Source of the DNA: Rhizodiscina lignyota
Lineage: Eukaryota
NCBI GenBank assembly: GCA_010015805.1
Contig: ML978125.1
Location: forward strand, 2,108,001-2,172,000
Reading direction: 5' to 3'
DNA length: 64,000 nt
The notes under the pieces are model-generated. The model saw only the letters and a list, made by a program, of their open reading frames with translations. It ran no database searches and had not been told where the DNA came from. Shown one piece after another: positions 1 to 13,071 of this stretch (position 1 is the stretch's first letter; every line of letters starts with the position of its first letter). A program made the position numbers and the translations under genes.

Positions 1-519
<519 letters not shown>

Positions 520-1052
520 TTTGAATGGGTTTGTTGTTGTGATGGGATCTGCGCGCCAAAAGTGACGTTAGAAACTGCGAGATAAGGAATTCGAGACCAA
601 CAGGCCCAAAAACGCGTCCAAAGCGCGTAAAAAGCAGGTGACTTACGACTTGAAATGTGTTATGTGAGTTGAGATGTGGTTTGAGAGCGGTTTGGAAGAC
701 GGACGATGGATGCAGCGGTTGTGGATGAAGAGAAAGAGGAGAGGAAGCTCGCTGGCGATGGGCGAGCAGGCTTATATACTAGCGCGGCGGGCCCCTCATC
801 ACCATTCGCCCGCTGTGTTTTGATGTTGCGCGTGTCGGCCGTGCACCACTTCCCGAAGCGGCATGGCGCGTTGATGAGCTCGCCCTCCATCAGGTATAAG
901 ATCGTTCCCTCCCACCTTCGCCGACTTTCTCTTCTCCTTCATCATCCACAACCGCTGCATCTCACGTCGCGCATCCACACCAGCTTACACAACTCAGCCC
1001 ACTCACACAGTCTTCTAATCTAACCACTTCACAACTCTCTCAAATCGTCCAA
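520..1052. promoter_or_regulatory. Bidirectional H2A/H2B promoter region
   Basis: Head-to-head H2A and H2B start codons about 530 bp apart; TATA-like cttatata (~771) and gtataa (~894); ACGCGT at ~612 and other CGCG motifs. Confidence 0.75.
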
Positions 1053-1655
1053 ATGGCTCCAAAGGCACAGAAGACTCCCACGACGGCCGGCAAGGCCCCA
1101 GCAGGCAAGGCGCCTGCTGAGAAGAAGGAAGCCGGAAAGAAGACCGCAGCTGCTGCCGGTGGTGAGAAGAAGAAGCGCACCAAGACCAGAAAGGAGACCT
1201 ACTCCTCCTACATCTACAAGGGTGAGTTTCACGCGTCTTCGCCTTGTTTTGACCCTACCCGACGCGCCTTATCGCGTGTTTTTTTCACGGTCAAAACAAG
1301 CTGCACTCTCACTCAATGAGGTCTGGATCCAGCTGACGCGTTTTGTTTTCTAGTCCTCAAGCAGGTGCACCCCGACACTGGTATCTCCAACCGCGCAATG
1401 TCGATTCTCAACTCTTTTGTCAACGATATCTTCGAGCGCGTCGCCACTGAGGCCTCCAAGCTCGCTGCCTACAACAAGAAGTCGACCATCTCATCCAGGG
1501 AGATTCAGACCTCGTATGTTCATTGCCTCTCCATTAGCTATCGCATTATCTGACCCAATCACAGTGTCCGTCTGATCCTGCCTGGTGAACTCGCCAAGCA
1601 CGCCGTGTCTGAAGGCACAAAGGCCGTCACCAAGTACTCTTCTTCATCCAAGTAA
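1053..1655 (+). CDS. HTB1: Histone H2B (exons 1053-1221, 1354-1513, 1565-1655)
   Basis: MAPKAQK...[101 protein letters not shown]. Confidence 0.98.
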
Positions 1656-1892
1656 ACGGGCTTTCTTCCGTTTGCTTTCACTTTTCATCGACTCTCATCA
1701 GGCAGAACGGGTACGAGGATTGCTTGATATGAGCATGGGCAGGCTTCATGGGTGTTCACGGTTTTCTCTAATGCGTCATGGATGGGTGTCTCTTTGCTGA
1801 CCGCAACCGGGTTTTCATGATATCCCGCTGGTCTTCTGGAACGGATGTACAGTACATCGGGATAAAGAGGAAGGAATCCCAAGATTTGAACA

Positions 1893-2312
1893 TCACTTTA
1901 CGCTTTCCAGCTTTGCATTCAAACATGAACTGTGATATCTTGCGAGTTCAGTGCGATTGAACAATCGTACTTCTCTGCCTATAAGAAGCTGGAGGCGGCG
2001 ATAGCAGCGCTGAAAATGCGCGTGCGTGCGCCCTTCCAACCCGACCGACGGTAAGGACCCGATTGTTGACCTCGACGCGAGACGCGACCGTGACGCGCTT
2101 TGACTTTCTTGCGGGCGTGACGATGAAGAGCAGGACATGACACAGTCACCTCCGAACTGCCTATGAAATGTGCGACCTGCTCCGACCTGGTGGCGTTGAT
2201 ACGCGACGATTCTGCGTTGAAAGATGCGGTCCAACTGCAAGGCTTCCAACGGACATAAGGAGTAGAGAATACTGTAGAGTGTGTCCATGGGTGAAGATGC
2301 CAGTCTCCCCAT
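1893..2312 (-). pseudogene. Possible degenerate F-box gene or orphan ORF
   Basis: ATG-started 139-codon ORF. N-terminus GRLASSPMDTLYSILYSLCPLEALQLDR resembles the F-box pattern LxxLPxDILxxIFxxLxPxDLLxLxR; the remainder is unrecognisable. Confidence 0.25.
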
Positions 2313-2599
2313 CTCCTTGTGAGGTGGTTGGTGGGCGTCTGAGTTCTATCCGAGACCGCCCGCTGTATTCGAGTTTCTGTGCCGAAGGTGGCGAGACGGG
2401 ACGACGGAGCTATGCTCACAAGTCCGTTTTCTCCGTCTGATAATGGCGTGAGTTGACGCACCAATCCCACAAGCGCAGTATTTGGGGGAGTCGTCTCAGA
2501 TCCCTCTCAGCTAGTTATACAAGGTTCGAAAGTCATTCATGAGTAACGTTTGCTTTGGAATTATGCTCGATTGACACTGGTATCACGTTTAGAGCCTAT

Positions 2600-4042
2600 C
2601 TACTCCTTATCTGTTTCTTCGTCATCGTCGAACGTCTCTACCTCATCCACAGCGCTTGCCCTCACTTCACCCAGTCCATGCACAGAGGGCTCCATGTCCG
2701 TAACATGAACGATCGATTTTCCCTGCACCTGTGCTACGCCTGCCCGCCAAGCCCGCCAGTCGTTCTCGTCGCGTATGAGAAACGCGATCAGCATGCTCGG
2801 GTCCATTTCGTCGAGATGAATGCGCCGCAAACGGCGGAGGTGACATGACGCGATGTCTTCATCACTATAATCTGAAGGGGAGGAGTGCATCGGGAGAGCA
2901 GGGCGCGTGTAATGTGGATCGAGGTAGAAGAGGTAAGAGCCTTGCGTGCCGACGAAGTAGTGGGATGATGAAGGGCGACCTCTGTGTCAAGGGAGTCAGC
3001 AAGTCAACATCGCGGCACACGAAATGCTTACCCTGCAATTCCGATAGACTGTGGCATTTGTAATGATGCCTTTAGCCCTTCCCAATACACAGGATTGACT
3101 CGATCAATCCCCAAGCGTGTCCCGACAAGTATCAGAGTTGGGGTAAACTGGCCGTTCTCGGACTTTGCGATCCTCATGAAGCTGTCCTCGTAGACAGCGG
3201 ATCCATCTCCCGTAACATAGACTTTCATCCCAGCGTCTGGGTATCCGTTCGCCAGGGCTTTTATGCTTCGCGATGCCGCCGAAGGACCGAACCACTCGCC
3301 AGGATGCTTCCCACATGCAGTTGCGCCATACTCGACAAACCTATGTATTGAGAAGGGTGCACTCGGATCGTCCGCAAACAATGACAAGAGCTTCCGCTCT
3401 TCGTCTTGCTTCGCCCCCCTTCTCCACTCTGCGATCGATTAACGTGACTCTTTGGGGAGCTATGGTTGAATACATACCTCGTCCAAGCTTAACTGAGAAG
3501 ACAGCGTTAGCCAGTACTGCCTGTCCAGACCGTATCATACAGCCCCATCCAGCGTCTGATGTGAAGCCGTCCTTGTCTGCTAATGTGCGTAACCGTACCG
3601 CGAAGCTCATCGCCGCATTCGCCTTGGGGTCTTGTGAGCGAGGTATTGGAGCGAAGTTAGATCGGTAGGTCATCCATATCCTCGACTCAAAATCATCAAG
3701 GAATGACGCCGGCCAACCCTTATCCTCATCGCTCTCCGGCTCGCTCTCGGACTGTGTTACCTGGTCGTATTCTTTGAGGTCGGGGTCTTCGGTGACGGAG
3801 CTGAGGTCGGTCGGCGCGGTAGATGTCTCGGAGGATTGCGATACGGAGAGTGCGGGAGGGGATGAGGCATCTGTACCGGATGGAGAGGTCTGTCGCCGTG
3901 ATGATGAGGGTGCTTGAGGACTGCAGTCGTACTTGTTCCCTAACAGCCAGATGGGGCCGTCGGAAGGCTCGTTGCGCGGCGGAGGATCCCAGAAGAGCTG
4001 GACGACTTTCTTGCTAAAGCGTCCAATATCCACATTGCTCAT
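2600..4042 (-). CDS. ATG4: Autophagy cysteine protease Atg4, peptidase C54 (exons 4042-3478, 3428-3032, 2981-2600)
   Basis: Motifs [29 protein letters not shown] (catalytic Cys), [30 protein letters not shown] (Asp/His), [10 protein letters not shown]. Confidence 0.96.
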
Positions 4043-4464
4043 GATACAGCTATTTTGATGGTTATATTCTCTGTATGTGCGGACAAAGAACAGCTGGACT
4101 GCACGGGAGGCTGGTCGTGCTACTGTGGTCGTGTGGAGAATGTGGTAGGGTGTAGTGACGTAGGGGATCGGATCCGCAATAAAGAAGGGAGCTCTTGGAG
4201 TTGAGGAGGGCCGACTTTCCCAAGATGCAGTACCAATAGAGCGTCAGTGAGATAGATGATCAGGTGGAAGTGTGGAGGTGTGTTAAGCTGAGAGTTCAAG
4301 TCACCTGCAGGCAGCACGGCGGTGCTCAAGCCACGCCCCGCCACAGTATCAGCTCCAGCTTCCCCGTTCAGCGAGCAGGGGTTCGGTAGTGGGGCATCAA
4401 AGGGCACGTCGACTTTCGGGCTGCCGTCTGTCAAGAATACACTGTCCCCTCCAAACAGTCCAGC

Positions 4465-6975
4465 ATGGCGGGAAACAAGAAGAAGAAGCACTGGCCTAAT
4501 GGCAGTGGGAAGCCTGCTCCAAAGTCCAGAATGGCTCCGCGCCGCGAAGAGGCTGCCAATGCCTTCCACCCATTCTCCATGCGAGACGAGGTCCTCAACA
4601 CCGAGCGCGGCCACAAATTCTGGAACTCGGATTCAAAGCTTCGGCACAAAGCCATAACGTTTGTGAGCGCTGGGAGGCTGGAGGGTGCTGAGCTCTCTCG
4701 AACGGATGATACAGGAGAAGAGAGTTCTACGTCACCGTCACCGCGGCGCACTGAGGTCGAGAGTTCAGCGAACGCTCTTTCCGAATTGAGTCTCGACACG
4801 ACCACGCTCCAGGTTGAAGGTAGCCGCGCCTTCCTCTTGATTTTAGATTATGCCACGTGTTTATTTTCCTTCTCAGAGAGCATTTCCTCCCACAACTCTG
4901 ACAAAATTACGTAGCAACCTCCACCCTCAACGTCCACTCTTCCTCCACAGGCACGAAGACTCCTCCAACTGCGACCCAGTCGTCCCCACCTCTTTTCTTT
5001 ATCGACACAACACCATCCAACATCCCTCTTCCAGACATGCCTCCGCCGAAAGTTCGCCCTGCATCCCCTGCTCACTCCGACTCGAGCGACGAAGTACTTT
5101 TCCAGGGAAGAAACGCGCCCAAAAAGATCTCGGATCCTATTAGGAAACTGCCGTCCACAGTCGGCTCGGCGTCTACAAGTATTGAAGAACAACAGTACAA
5201 GGTCACGGCGCGTCAACTGCCACAATGGGACCAGCACCAGGTTGACTGGGTCCACCGGAGCAAGCCTGGCATCGGCTGGCATCGTCCCAGTGGCCTCCTT
5301 CGCGGTCAAGATGTTGTTGACCCGGTCCTCCGCCTTAAAGAGGCGGATGAAGAGGAAGATGAGGCTGTAGCTGATTACATCGCAAACATCAAGGAAAATC
5401 AGGACAGCGACGACAAGGAGGATATGTCTACTTCTCCCATCTTTAAGCTCCGCGACCTGGCCCTAGAAGATGGATCACGGATGTCAACAGCTTGTAACGC
5501 ATCTACTCAAGGTGATTCAGCGGCAGAGGATAACGAATGGGATGAGACGATGCTCCATGACTTCGACGAGCTAAGCACCGATCAGGAGACGGTGACAACC
5601 GTGGTCAAGCTGCTGTCGAAGAGATCCAGGCCTTCCGGTGTCCAGTATCTCGTTGTATCTGAGGGTGAGACTGTTGACGACGCGAGATGGATACCTAAGA
5701 GTGCCCTCAACAGCACTGATGCATTGCAATTGATCAATACTTTCGAGAAGGAGTTCGCGCAGAAAGAACAGCAGTTTTTGGAGTCTGAGGAGACCTCAAA
5801 TTCCGATGATGATGATGAAGTCGATGACGACGATGACGACGACGCAGAGGAGGAGGAGGACTCTGAGGTCAGTGACGAGATGCAGGACATCGTTGATCAA
5901 GTGGTGGCGGGTATGGACGACGAGCATCTTGCTCGGCTCCTAAACAAGCAAGAGGAGCTGGGACTGGGCTCTGATGAGCTGCTCCTCTTTGATGACGAGA
6001 GCGAAGGAGATGAGATACCAGAGATCGTAAAGCAGGCGCTCAAGCCTAAGGAACGAAAGAAGCAAGCCAAGAGCAAGCGCGGCCGGGACTCCTTCCCAGA
6101 TGCGTCTCTCATGGCGGACGTTCTGGATCAAGACCCATACGGCGGCTTCGACGTCATGGACTTCGACCGCCCCAGTTTACGCCAGAAGAAGAAGGGCAGG
6201 AAGTTGGAGAAAACGTCGATAAGTTTCGGATACGACGGCTCGGAAGAGCTGGAGCAGACTATGCGCGCTACTTGGGAAGCAGACCGTGAGAAGAAGGCGC
6301 TCAGGAAGAGAGAGAGGGCGGAGCTAAGGTCGCAGGGACTACTGGGGCGCGGCAAGAAGGGCAAGCCAGATCTAAACGACAAATATGAGGAGGGCATGAG
6401 TTTCGCGCATATGAAGGGTGAGATCCAGCAGTTCTTGCAATCCACCCATGAATCGTAAGTGCTTGCTTGTAACAGTTATGGACGGCCTTATGAACTAACA
6501 CCTCAGGATTAGTCTCGCCTTGCCTCCAATGGACAAGAAGTCTCGCAAAATAGTGCATGAAATCTGCTCCGCTCTTGGTCTTAACTCGAAGTCCAAGGGT
6601 GCTGGAAGGAGTCGTTTCCCAGTCCTCATCAAGACCTCACGCACCATCAATGTCAACGAGGACGTCTTCAGCATGATCGAGAAGAATGCCGCCAGGGGCT
6701 TCTTTCCTCGCATGGACCGAAGGACTAATAATGCTACCGGGAAGTCGAAGGGCAAGAGGGGTGGCGGTGGCGGTGGAGTACTATCTGGCGTCAGCTACAA
6801 AGATGGTGACATTGTGGGCGGTTCGGCTCCTGAGATTGGCGCGGAGAACCGTGGACGTGCTATGCTCGAGAAGATGGGTTGGTCCACCGGCATGGGGCTC
6901 GGCGCAGTCGATAACAAGGGCATCTTGCTGCCTGTTACTCATGTTGTCAAGACTTCTAAGGCGGGTTTAGGCTGA
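4465..6975 (+). CDS. SQS1: SQS1/Pfa1-like R3H and G-patch domain protein (exons ~4465-4819, 4915-6454, 6507 or 6513-6975)
   Basis: R3H-like LPPMDKKSRKIVHEICSALGLNSKSKGAG; C-terminal G-patch ENRGRAMLEKMGWSTGMGLGAVDNKGILLPV; acidic middle region; in-frame GT-AG introns. Confidence 0.85.
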
Positions 6976-7960
6976 TGGTATTTCGTCGAGCTACTGGTTC
7001 TTGTGTGTTGTGCAGGGACCATCGAATTTGCGGCTGCTGCGTGAAGTTCTCTTTCCTCCGTCCTTGACCTGATAGATGTCGAGGATTCACCTTCTGTTCC
7101 CCTTTGTTTCTAATAGACACGACTGCATGGCATGGCGAGGGCGGTGTATAGTATATCATAGATGATGGCCGCTTGCGGCTGATGACGGGAATGTTATGGA
7201 TCAGTTGGATACCCAAAAATGGTCGGCGCGTTACAGAGTCTAATGTCATAAGCCGGGGTGTGCCATGTGTCTTTGAAATGACGATCAGAGGAGGCTTGTG
7301 TGCAAATTGTAGAGTGATCTCAGCGATCTTAGACACCTCCCAATTCCCTCGAACGGCTACATAATGTAGAGGCCGGATCTTTGCTGTGAAGCAATCGCAG
7401 ATGTGCCCTTCTGATACCAGGGTTAGGGTTGGGGTTAAATGTCCTTCTATTATTTTTCGCAGTACATTGCATATGCATTAGATTCAATATAATATAGTAT
7501 TTTGGTATATACTATATTGATTCGTAAATTCGTAAGATTTTAGTCGTCCATTTGAAAGGCTTTCAGATCTTTCATATCCGTAGAGTTCTGGTGGAGGGCC
7601 ACATCGCTTCATTATGGGTTTTACTCCATCTTCAACCTTTAAAATCCAAAAGTAAAAATAGCAACATCCATCACACACCTCAATAGCACTTCCGAGACAC
7701 ATATTAAGCAGGAATCGAGCGCACAGAAGCGGCACGCATAAAGACCATATGTCAAACTGCATTGTACGCAAACCGATGTATGCATGGTATTCGCAAGCCT
7801 AATCACATCAACAAGAACACAGCCAAAACCAACCCAATGCAACCGCAACCAAGAAGTTTTCCGCACCACAACGCAGCCATGAGAAACCCCCCCAGTCAGC
7901 ACATCAGTGCCACCCCAGATACCAGTTCTGCTTATGCTACATACTATGCAATCCAACCCC

Positions 7961-10900
7961 TCAAACTTCCAGCGCCGCAAACGCACAAAGCTGCTTGAGC
8001 GCCTGCGCCTCAATGTTCGGCGTCAACAGAGCGCCGAGCAAGACCTCGCGTTGCGGCAGCACGTCCGCCATGACCTTCAATAGCTGCTTTCTCTGACGCT
8101 CCGACTCGTCATCGCTCTCGTCCCCGTTAGCACCAGTGTCTGCAGCGTTGATAGCATCTTCATCCTTCGAGTCACCCTCCTCGCCTTCCTTCTCGAGCTC
8201 ACCGTTCATCTGCCTATCCTTCTGCGGTTGAAGCCCATTTACCGCACCCGTCGTCAAAAGATCATTCTTCGTCTTCTCGCCCAGCTTCTGCAACATGCCG
8301 AACGCGCGGTGCGTCACGAGCCCAAAGCCGAGCTCATGATCCGGTATACCCTGCTGTCCTGGCCTTCTGCCGGGCCCACCTGGACCAGTCGGAGCGGTAC
8401 GGTCAGTGCTGAGTGTGCACGCCAATCGCAGGAGACTAGGTGCCCATCCATCCTCTGCTTCCAGCCACGCACGAGCTAGACCACTGTCTGAGCTTGGCAC
8501 AAGCGTCGCAAGGATGTCAGCTGCAAGCATGCCTTGGATTAGATAAGGCTTGCGAGCCTCCGAGATGCGGTATTCAGCACCACCGGACGTCAAGCTGCGT
8601 GAAGCAGTTCGGTCTGGAATGACGCTGATTGCAAGTGCGAAGGCGCGCGAGAGGAGGTCATATTGTTGATGAGGAGGCAGCTTCGGGTCCAATGTACATG
8701 GGTCATTTAAGAACAGGTGCCTGTAGTACGCGCGGTTCGGATCGTCGCGCGCAAGCAGCTTCGCCAGTGAGTCGACGGCGGGCGGCAGGTAGCGGTGGAT
8801 GCTTGGATTGTAGCGCGCGAACCGACAGAGGGAGGAAGATGTAGGAGACGGCTGCGGCGCGAAGGAGATGAGGAAGTTTAGAATGTTGAGGGCATCTTCT
8901 CGCGAAGGAAGCTCGATTTTGTCGGTGACATTGGACAGGAAGACGATGAAGTCCTTCATGAAATCCTGCGTATTCGTGTGATTGCGCAGGAGCAAGTGCC
9001 TTGTCCCGATGAGCCGGATTGTGGTGCTGAAGAATTTGATAGTGTGTTCAGAGGCCAGTTGTGGATGATTCTGCGGCCAGAACGACAGGTTCCGTAAGAT
9101 GGTTGTCACCGCAATCAATCGGTCGGAAGCCCGATCAAGATCATACTCAGCCGTTGCAAAGTCCGGAATGTCCTGCAAGCTCTCTACCTCCGCTCGGCAA
9201 TGTCGAATGACATCCTCGTAAGGTGTGAGGTCAATAATGTCTGATACCTCGGCCGCTTCTTCCCGAAGCACGTCGACCTGGTCCTCAGCGCACTCGATAA
9301 GAACATCGATCAAGTCCTCACAGCGTTCTAAGTCCAGGAAGTGTATCCTCGTTTCGTGAGAGAGCTTGATCAAGTGATCCAATGCATATCGGACCTCACC
9401 TGAGATGCCAGACTGCAACGACATGCAGAGTGCTCGAATGTCGACCATGCCCATTTCCTCCGTGTCTGGGACAACCGGCTTTATCATGTCAATCTGCAAT
9501 CCGATCGTATTCAATTGGTTGACAGTGATCCCCCCATGGTGATCCATGAGGTGGAACTGCTGAGGAATGTAATGAGTACCATGATCCACTTTCTCAGGCT
9601 GAGGAGTATTGCCGGGTGCCGCATCAGCAGAAGGTTGCTCCATGGGCTGGCCTTCCGGAAACTTGTCTGTGGTCGCTGGAGACGGAGCGGCAATGCCAGG
9701 TTGCTGCACTGCAGGCGATGCTTCTGTCTTTACCATTTTATTTGGCGCACCCATGGAACTTTGCCGCTGCGAATTTGCCATGTCACTTTGTGGAGTTGAC
9801 CACCCGTTAGTTGCGGGGAGCGTCGCGTTGTTCTGTACGGGGGTCATCTGGCCAAGCTGGTTCTGCTGTGCCTGAGCAGCGCGCTGTTGCATCTGCGCGA
9901 GTTGTTGCTGATGCTGCATCATCTGCTGCTGCTGTTGGATGTCGGTCCCCACTCCTGGCATTGGCCTCGTTGGGGACATTTGTTGGTTCATTCCAGCTTG
10001 TGCACCTTGCATCTGTGGGTTCACCTGTTTGGTTGCGTCTTGACGCGAGCGCCAGTATGCGCTCTCATATGGCGCAAGATTTCTCTCGTAAGCGATCTTC
10101 AGTTCTTGCGCAGCTTGCTGGATAAGTGTAGGTGGAAATCCTAGCGCTTGGGCAATGTTGGGCCATCCGCTCTTGGAGTTGACAACTTGTGATCCTTTGG
10201 ACCGCATCACGAGCATGTACAGTTGATATAGGTGGACTTGGCGTCCACAGATCATTGGGGCAATCTCAATCTGTCGTCCGTTGCTCTGCATGAACGACTG
10301 CAAATTCCGCATGAATTGAGCAAGTTGAGCGTTCATAGCTTGAGGGTTGCGCGTCGGAGTGTTCATGGCTGGGTTTTGGCCGGACATGCCACCCATTCCG
10401 CCCATCATACCCATCTGATGACGATTTTGAGCGGCAGCATTCTGAGCAGCAAGACTCTGCTGTTGCTGTTGCAAGCGCATGTGGTGTATGCGAGTCGCCT
10501 CTTGCTGTCGCTGGGCGAGATTTTGCGACAGAACCACACCCTGTGGCATTCCACCCCCCTGCATCTGGCCAGGTGTCATGCCAGGTGTGCCTCCATAGTT
10601 GGGGTTATAGGCTTGCGGTGTGGAAGATGGAGGCATATTCATGCCACCCATTGGAAAAGACGGATTGAGCGGTGTGTTGACACGACTTCCATTCGCATCG
10701 GGAGGCGGCGACATGGACATGCCCATGCCGGGCTGAGCGCCTGGAAAGGGGCTCGGAGAGGCGTTCATCCTCTGCGCGGTCGTAGGTGGACGGAATTGCT
10801 GGTCCTGGAGAGTTGGAGATGGAGTCGCGTTTGCTGAGCCGCCCTGCTGTAGGTGCTGGTATGGGTTCGGCGGTTGAGGCTGGCTATTGGGGAAGCCTGG

Positions 10901-11146
10901 AAAGCCTCCAGGTTGGTGCGGTGTTTGTGATCTTGAGAGGTTGAGGTTTGGATTCGGTCGTGGCGACGCGGAAATGTTGTCGTCGTTCGGTCGCGGACGT
11001 TTCGAGGGGACGACGGGGTTCACGCTATACTGGGGATTCTGGAATGCCCCATTCTGCATTCGTTGCTGGAGGTTCAGATCGACGTTGTTCGGAGGGAACA
11101 TTGACCCATCGAACATTCCATTCGCGCCCGCCCATTGCTCGTTCAT
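7961..11146 (-). CDS. SWI1: SWI/SNF complex ARID subunit (Swi1/Sol1-like), 1061 aa
   Basis: Q/N/M-rich N-terminus; ARID domain FMRNLQSFMQSNG...LYQLYMLVMRSKGSQVV...W..IAQALG...LKIAYERNLAPYE; C-terminal BAF250-like region ALCMSLQSGISGEVRYALD, TTILRNLSF. Probable 5'UTR intron 11419-11187 (GTGAGT...GCTAAC...TAG). Confidence 0.88.
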   Translation of the reverse strand: MNEQWAGANGMFDGSMFPPNNVDLNLQQRMQNGAFQNPQYSVNPVVPSKRPRPNDDNISASPRPNPNLNLSRSQTPHQPGGFPGFPNSQPQPPNPYQHLQQGGSANATPSPTLQDQQFRPPTTAQRMNASPSPFPGAQPGMGMSMSPPPDANGSRVNTPLNPSFPMGGMNMPPSSTPQAYNPNYGGTPGMTPGQMQGGGMPQGVVLSQNLAQRQQEATRIHHMRLQQQQQSLAAQNAAAQNRHQMGMMGGMGGMSGQNPAMNTPTRNPQAMNAQLAQFMRNLQSFMQSNGRQIEIAPMICGRQVHLYQLYMLVMRSKGSQVVNSKSGWPNIAQALGFPPTLIQQAAQELKIAYERNLAPYESAYWRSRQDATKQVNPQMQGAQAGMNQQMSPTRPMPGVGTDIQQQQQMMQHQQQLAQMQQRAAQAQQNQLGQMTPVQNNATLPATNGWSTPQSDMANSQRQSSMGAPNKMVKTEASPAVQQPGIAAPSPATTDKFPEGQPMEQPSADAAPGNTPQPEKVDHGTHYIPQQFHLMDHHGGITVNQLNTIGLQIDMIKPVVPDTEEMGMVDIRALCMSLQSGISGEVRYALDHLIKLSHETRIHFLDLERCEDLIDVLIECAEDQVDVLREEAAEVSDIIDLTPYEDVIRHCRAEVESLQDIPDFATAEYDLDRASDRLIAVTTILRNLSFWPQNHPQLASEHTIKFFSTTIRLIGTRHLLLRNHTNTQDFMKDFIVFLSNVTDKIELPSREDALNILNFLISFAPQPSPTSSSLCRFARYNPSIHRYLPPAVDSLAKLLARDDPNRAYYRHLFLNDPCTLDPKLPPHQQYDLLSRAFALAISVIPDRTASRSLTSGGAEYRISEARKPYLIQGMLAADILATLVPSSDSGLARAWLEAEDGWAPSLLRLACTLSTDRTAPTGPGGPGRRPGQQGIPDHELGFGLVTHRAFGMLQKLGEKTKNDLLTTGAVNGLQPQKDRQMNGELEKEGEEGDSKDEDAINAADTGANGDESDDESERQRKQLLKVMADVLPQREVLLGALLTPNIEAQALKQLCAFAALEV

Positions 11147-13071
11147 AGCGGTAGAGGCATCCAGGTGGGAGGCAGGTGTCGGCTAGCTAGAGGCGCGCGA
11201 GGTTAGCGATTATCGGAAACACCTCAAGAGCCATCAAGGCCATGGTGAAGGGCCCGCCTGAGACCAGCCTGGGTGTGGGGAAGGGTAAACAGAGCGCGAC
11301 GCGACGTGAGTGATGACAGGAGCGGAGGCTGGCGTCAAAGCATGACACGTCGTCGGCAGTGGGGGATGCGCCGGCAGGCTTTTGACCTGCCGGGTAGAGG
11401 CTGAGAAAGAGGAACTCACCAGAGGTCTTCGGGAAAGTGGATGATGCGCGGGTTCTTTCTCCTAACCTTTCGTTGATATGGAGGTTGGTAATTTGTCTTC
11501 TCCTGGGCCGGGCAGCGTAAGAGGGCGCCAAGGCTCAAGCGCCAACCACATCGCGCCTCCGGCGCCCCCCGGGCTACGAGAATACACGGTAACGGCACAT
11601 AACAACAGGTGAAGCGGACGGCGAGAGAATAAGTATGCGACGGCGGAGCGGAATCACTCGCAAGACACGTCGAGCACTCATGCAATTCGGGTAAGGCAGG
11701 GTGGAGGCCCAGCAGGGAGGCGTCATCTGGGGAGTGGGTAGTGCGTAGGGAAATCAGAGTGGCCGCAGGATGTGACACCAATTCCATTCGTCTGCACTTG
11801 TACATTAGCGATCCACTGGCTCCCGCGGCCCATAAGCTTGATCGCGCTCCCTGTCGTCGATGGCTTGCAATAGCTGCAAAAAGCGACTTGCCCACGCCGG
11901 CGGAGTGACTCGCCTGCAGCGCTACCGTTCACGTTCACGACATCCGTCCTCGTACCAGAACAGCCGAGCCTGATTCAGCCGCCCTTGGACGCTGTCAAAC
12001 TCCCACACCTCCGCTTGGGCCAATTTTGTTTATCGTGTCAGAGGCCTCCAGCATGTGCCGCCGCTTTCTGCTGTCGTATCTCTTCTCAGCACGAGACTTG
12101 CCCAACACGATCAGCGCAAGGGTAACCACAGGAGGCTACAGGTGAAATGGGCCCTTCTCCGCCCTCCCTCTGCACTTTAATCTTTCTTTTCTCCGACTGT
12201 GGCGTGGCAGGAATGGCTAAATGGCGCCAGCACACGAGCTCCTCCACTAGATACGGCTCGCAGGAGCAGCGTCTGTATGCAGACGGCGTATGGTAGCCGC
12301 GCTCTGACTGTCGTCGGACAACTTCGATGAGACTCGGCGCCTGAAGCCATACGCATTCACGTCAACGGGTCAAACGTGTGGGGGAGACTGCCTAGAGAAG
12401 GCCAATGTTACCCAGTCAAGGTAAAAATCCCAAAGCTTACTCGGAATAATAAGAATAGACTCCCGTCGCCCACAAATCGCGAGATTCCAGTTTGCGTTTG
12501 CCGTAATCAGGGCCGATGCGCCTAGCATTATTATGCAGATCCGGCGTAGCGTGAGAAGAACGAATCATCTCTGCAACAATTTGCCGGCCGAAATAAAGCG
12601 GTGAAATGGATTTAAAAGTGAAGGGAAATCGGCAGAGAAAATCAATATGTTTGTCGATTACGAATGCGTTGCCCTTGTGGAACGGCGTGTCGAGCTGTTG
12701 CAACGGGCATGTTCTGCGCCGTCTTCCTTCTGAGGCGCTAATCTGACTTGTGAAAATCCCCAAATACAGCGTGGAGTGAGCAGTGAAGAAGCGGTTTTCA
12801 AGTCTATACCTTCTTGCCTGTTTAACCCTGACTTCAAAGCAGATGTCATGTAAGGTGTCCATTTATGCCTAAGGCCAAAACGGATGGCAACTCATGTGCT
12901 AGCCGAATTGGGAATAGCGCAACCGGCGTCAACCTCCAACAGATTCGCGGCGAACGTGAAGCTTGACGCCAGACAGTTCTCCACCCTTCTCCATCACCAT
13001 CTTGACAAACGCTCTTTCTAACTGCTTCCTCTTTGAACCTCTGCTCTCTTGAACCGTTCTGCTTCATCAAA

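Noticed and set aside
7419..7438. Telomere-like GGGTTAGGGTTGGGGTTA
   Set aside because: Only about three imperfect units, internal to a gene-dense region; too short for a telomere and only three G-tracts for a G-quadruplex.
12414..12833. Imperfect inverted repeat agtcaaggtaaaaa ... gtttaaccctgact
   Set aside because: 11 of 14 match over 420 bp with no TSD and no second copy; compatible with chance.
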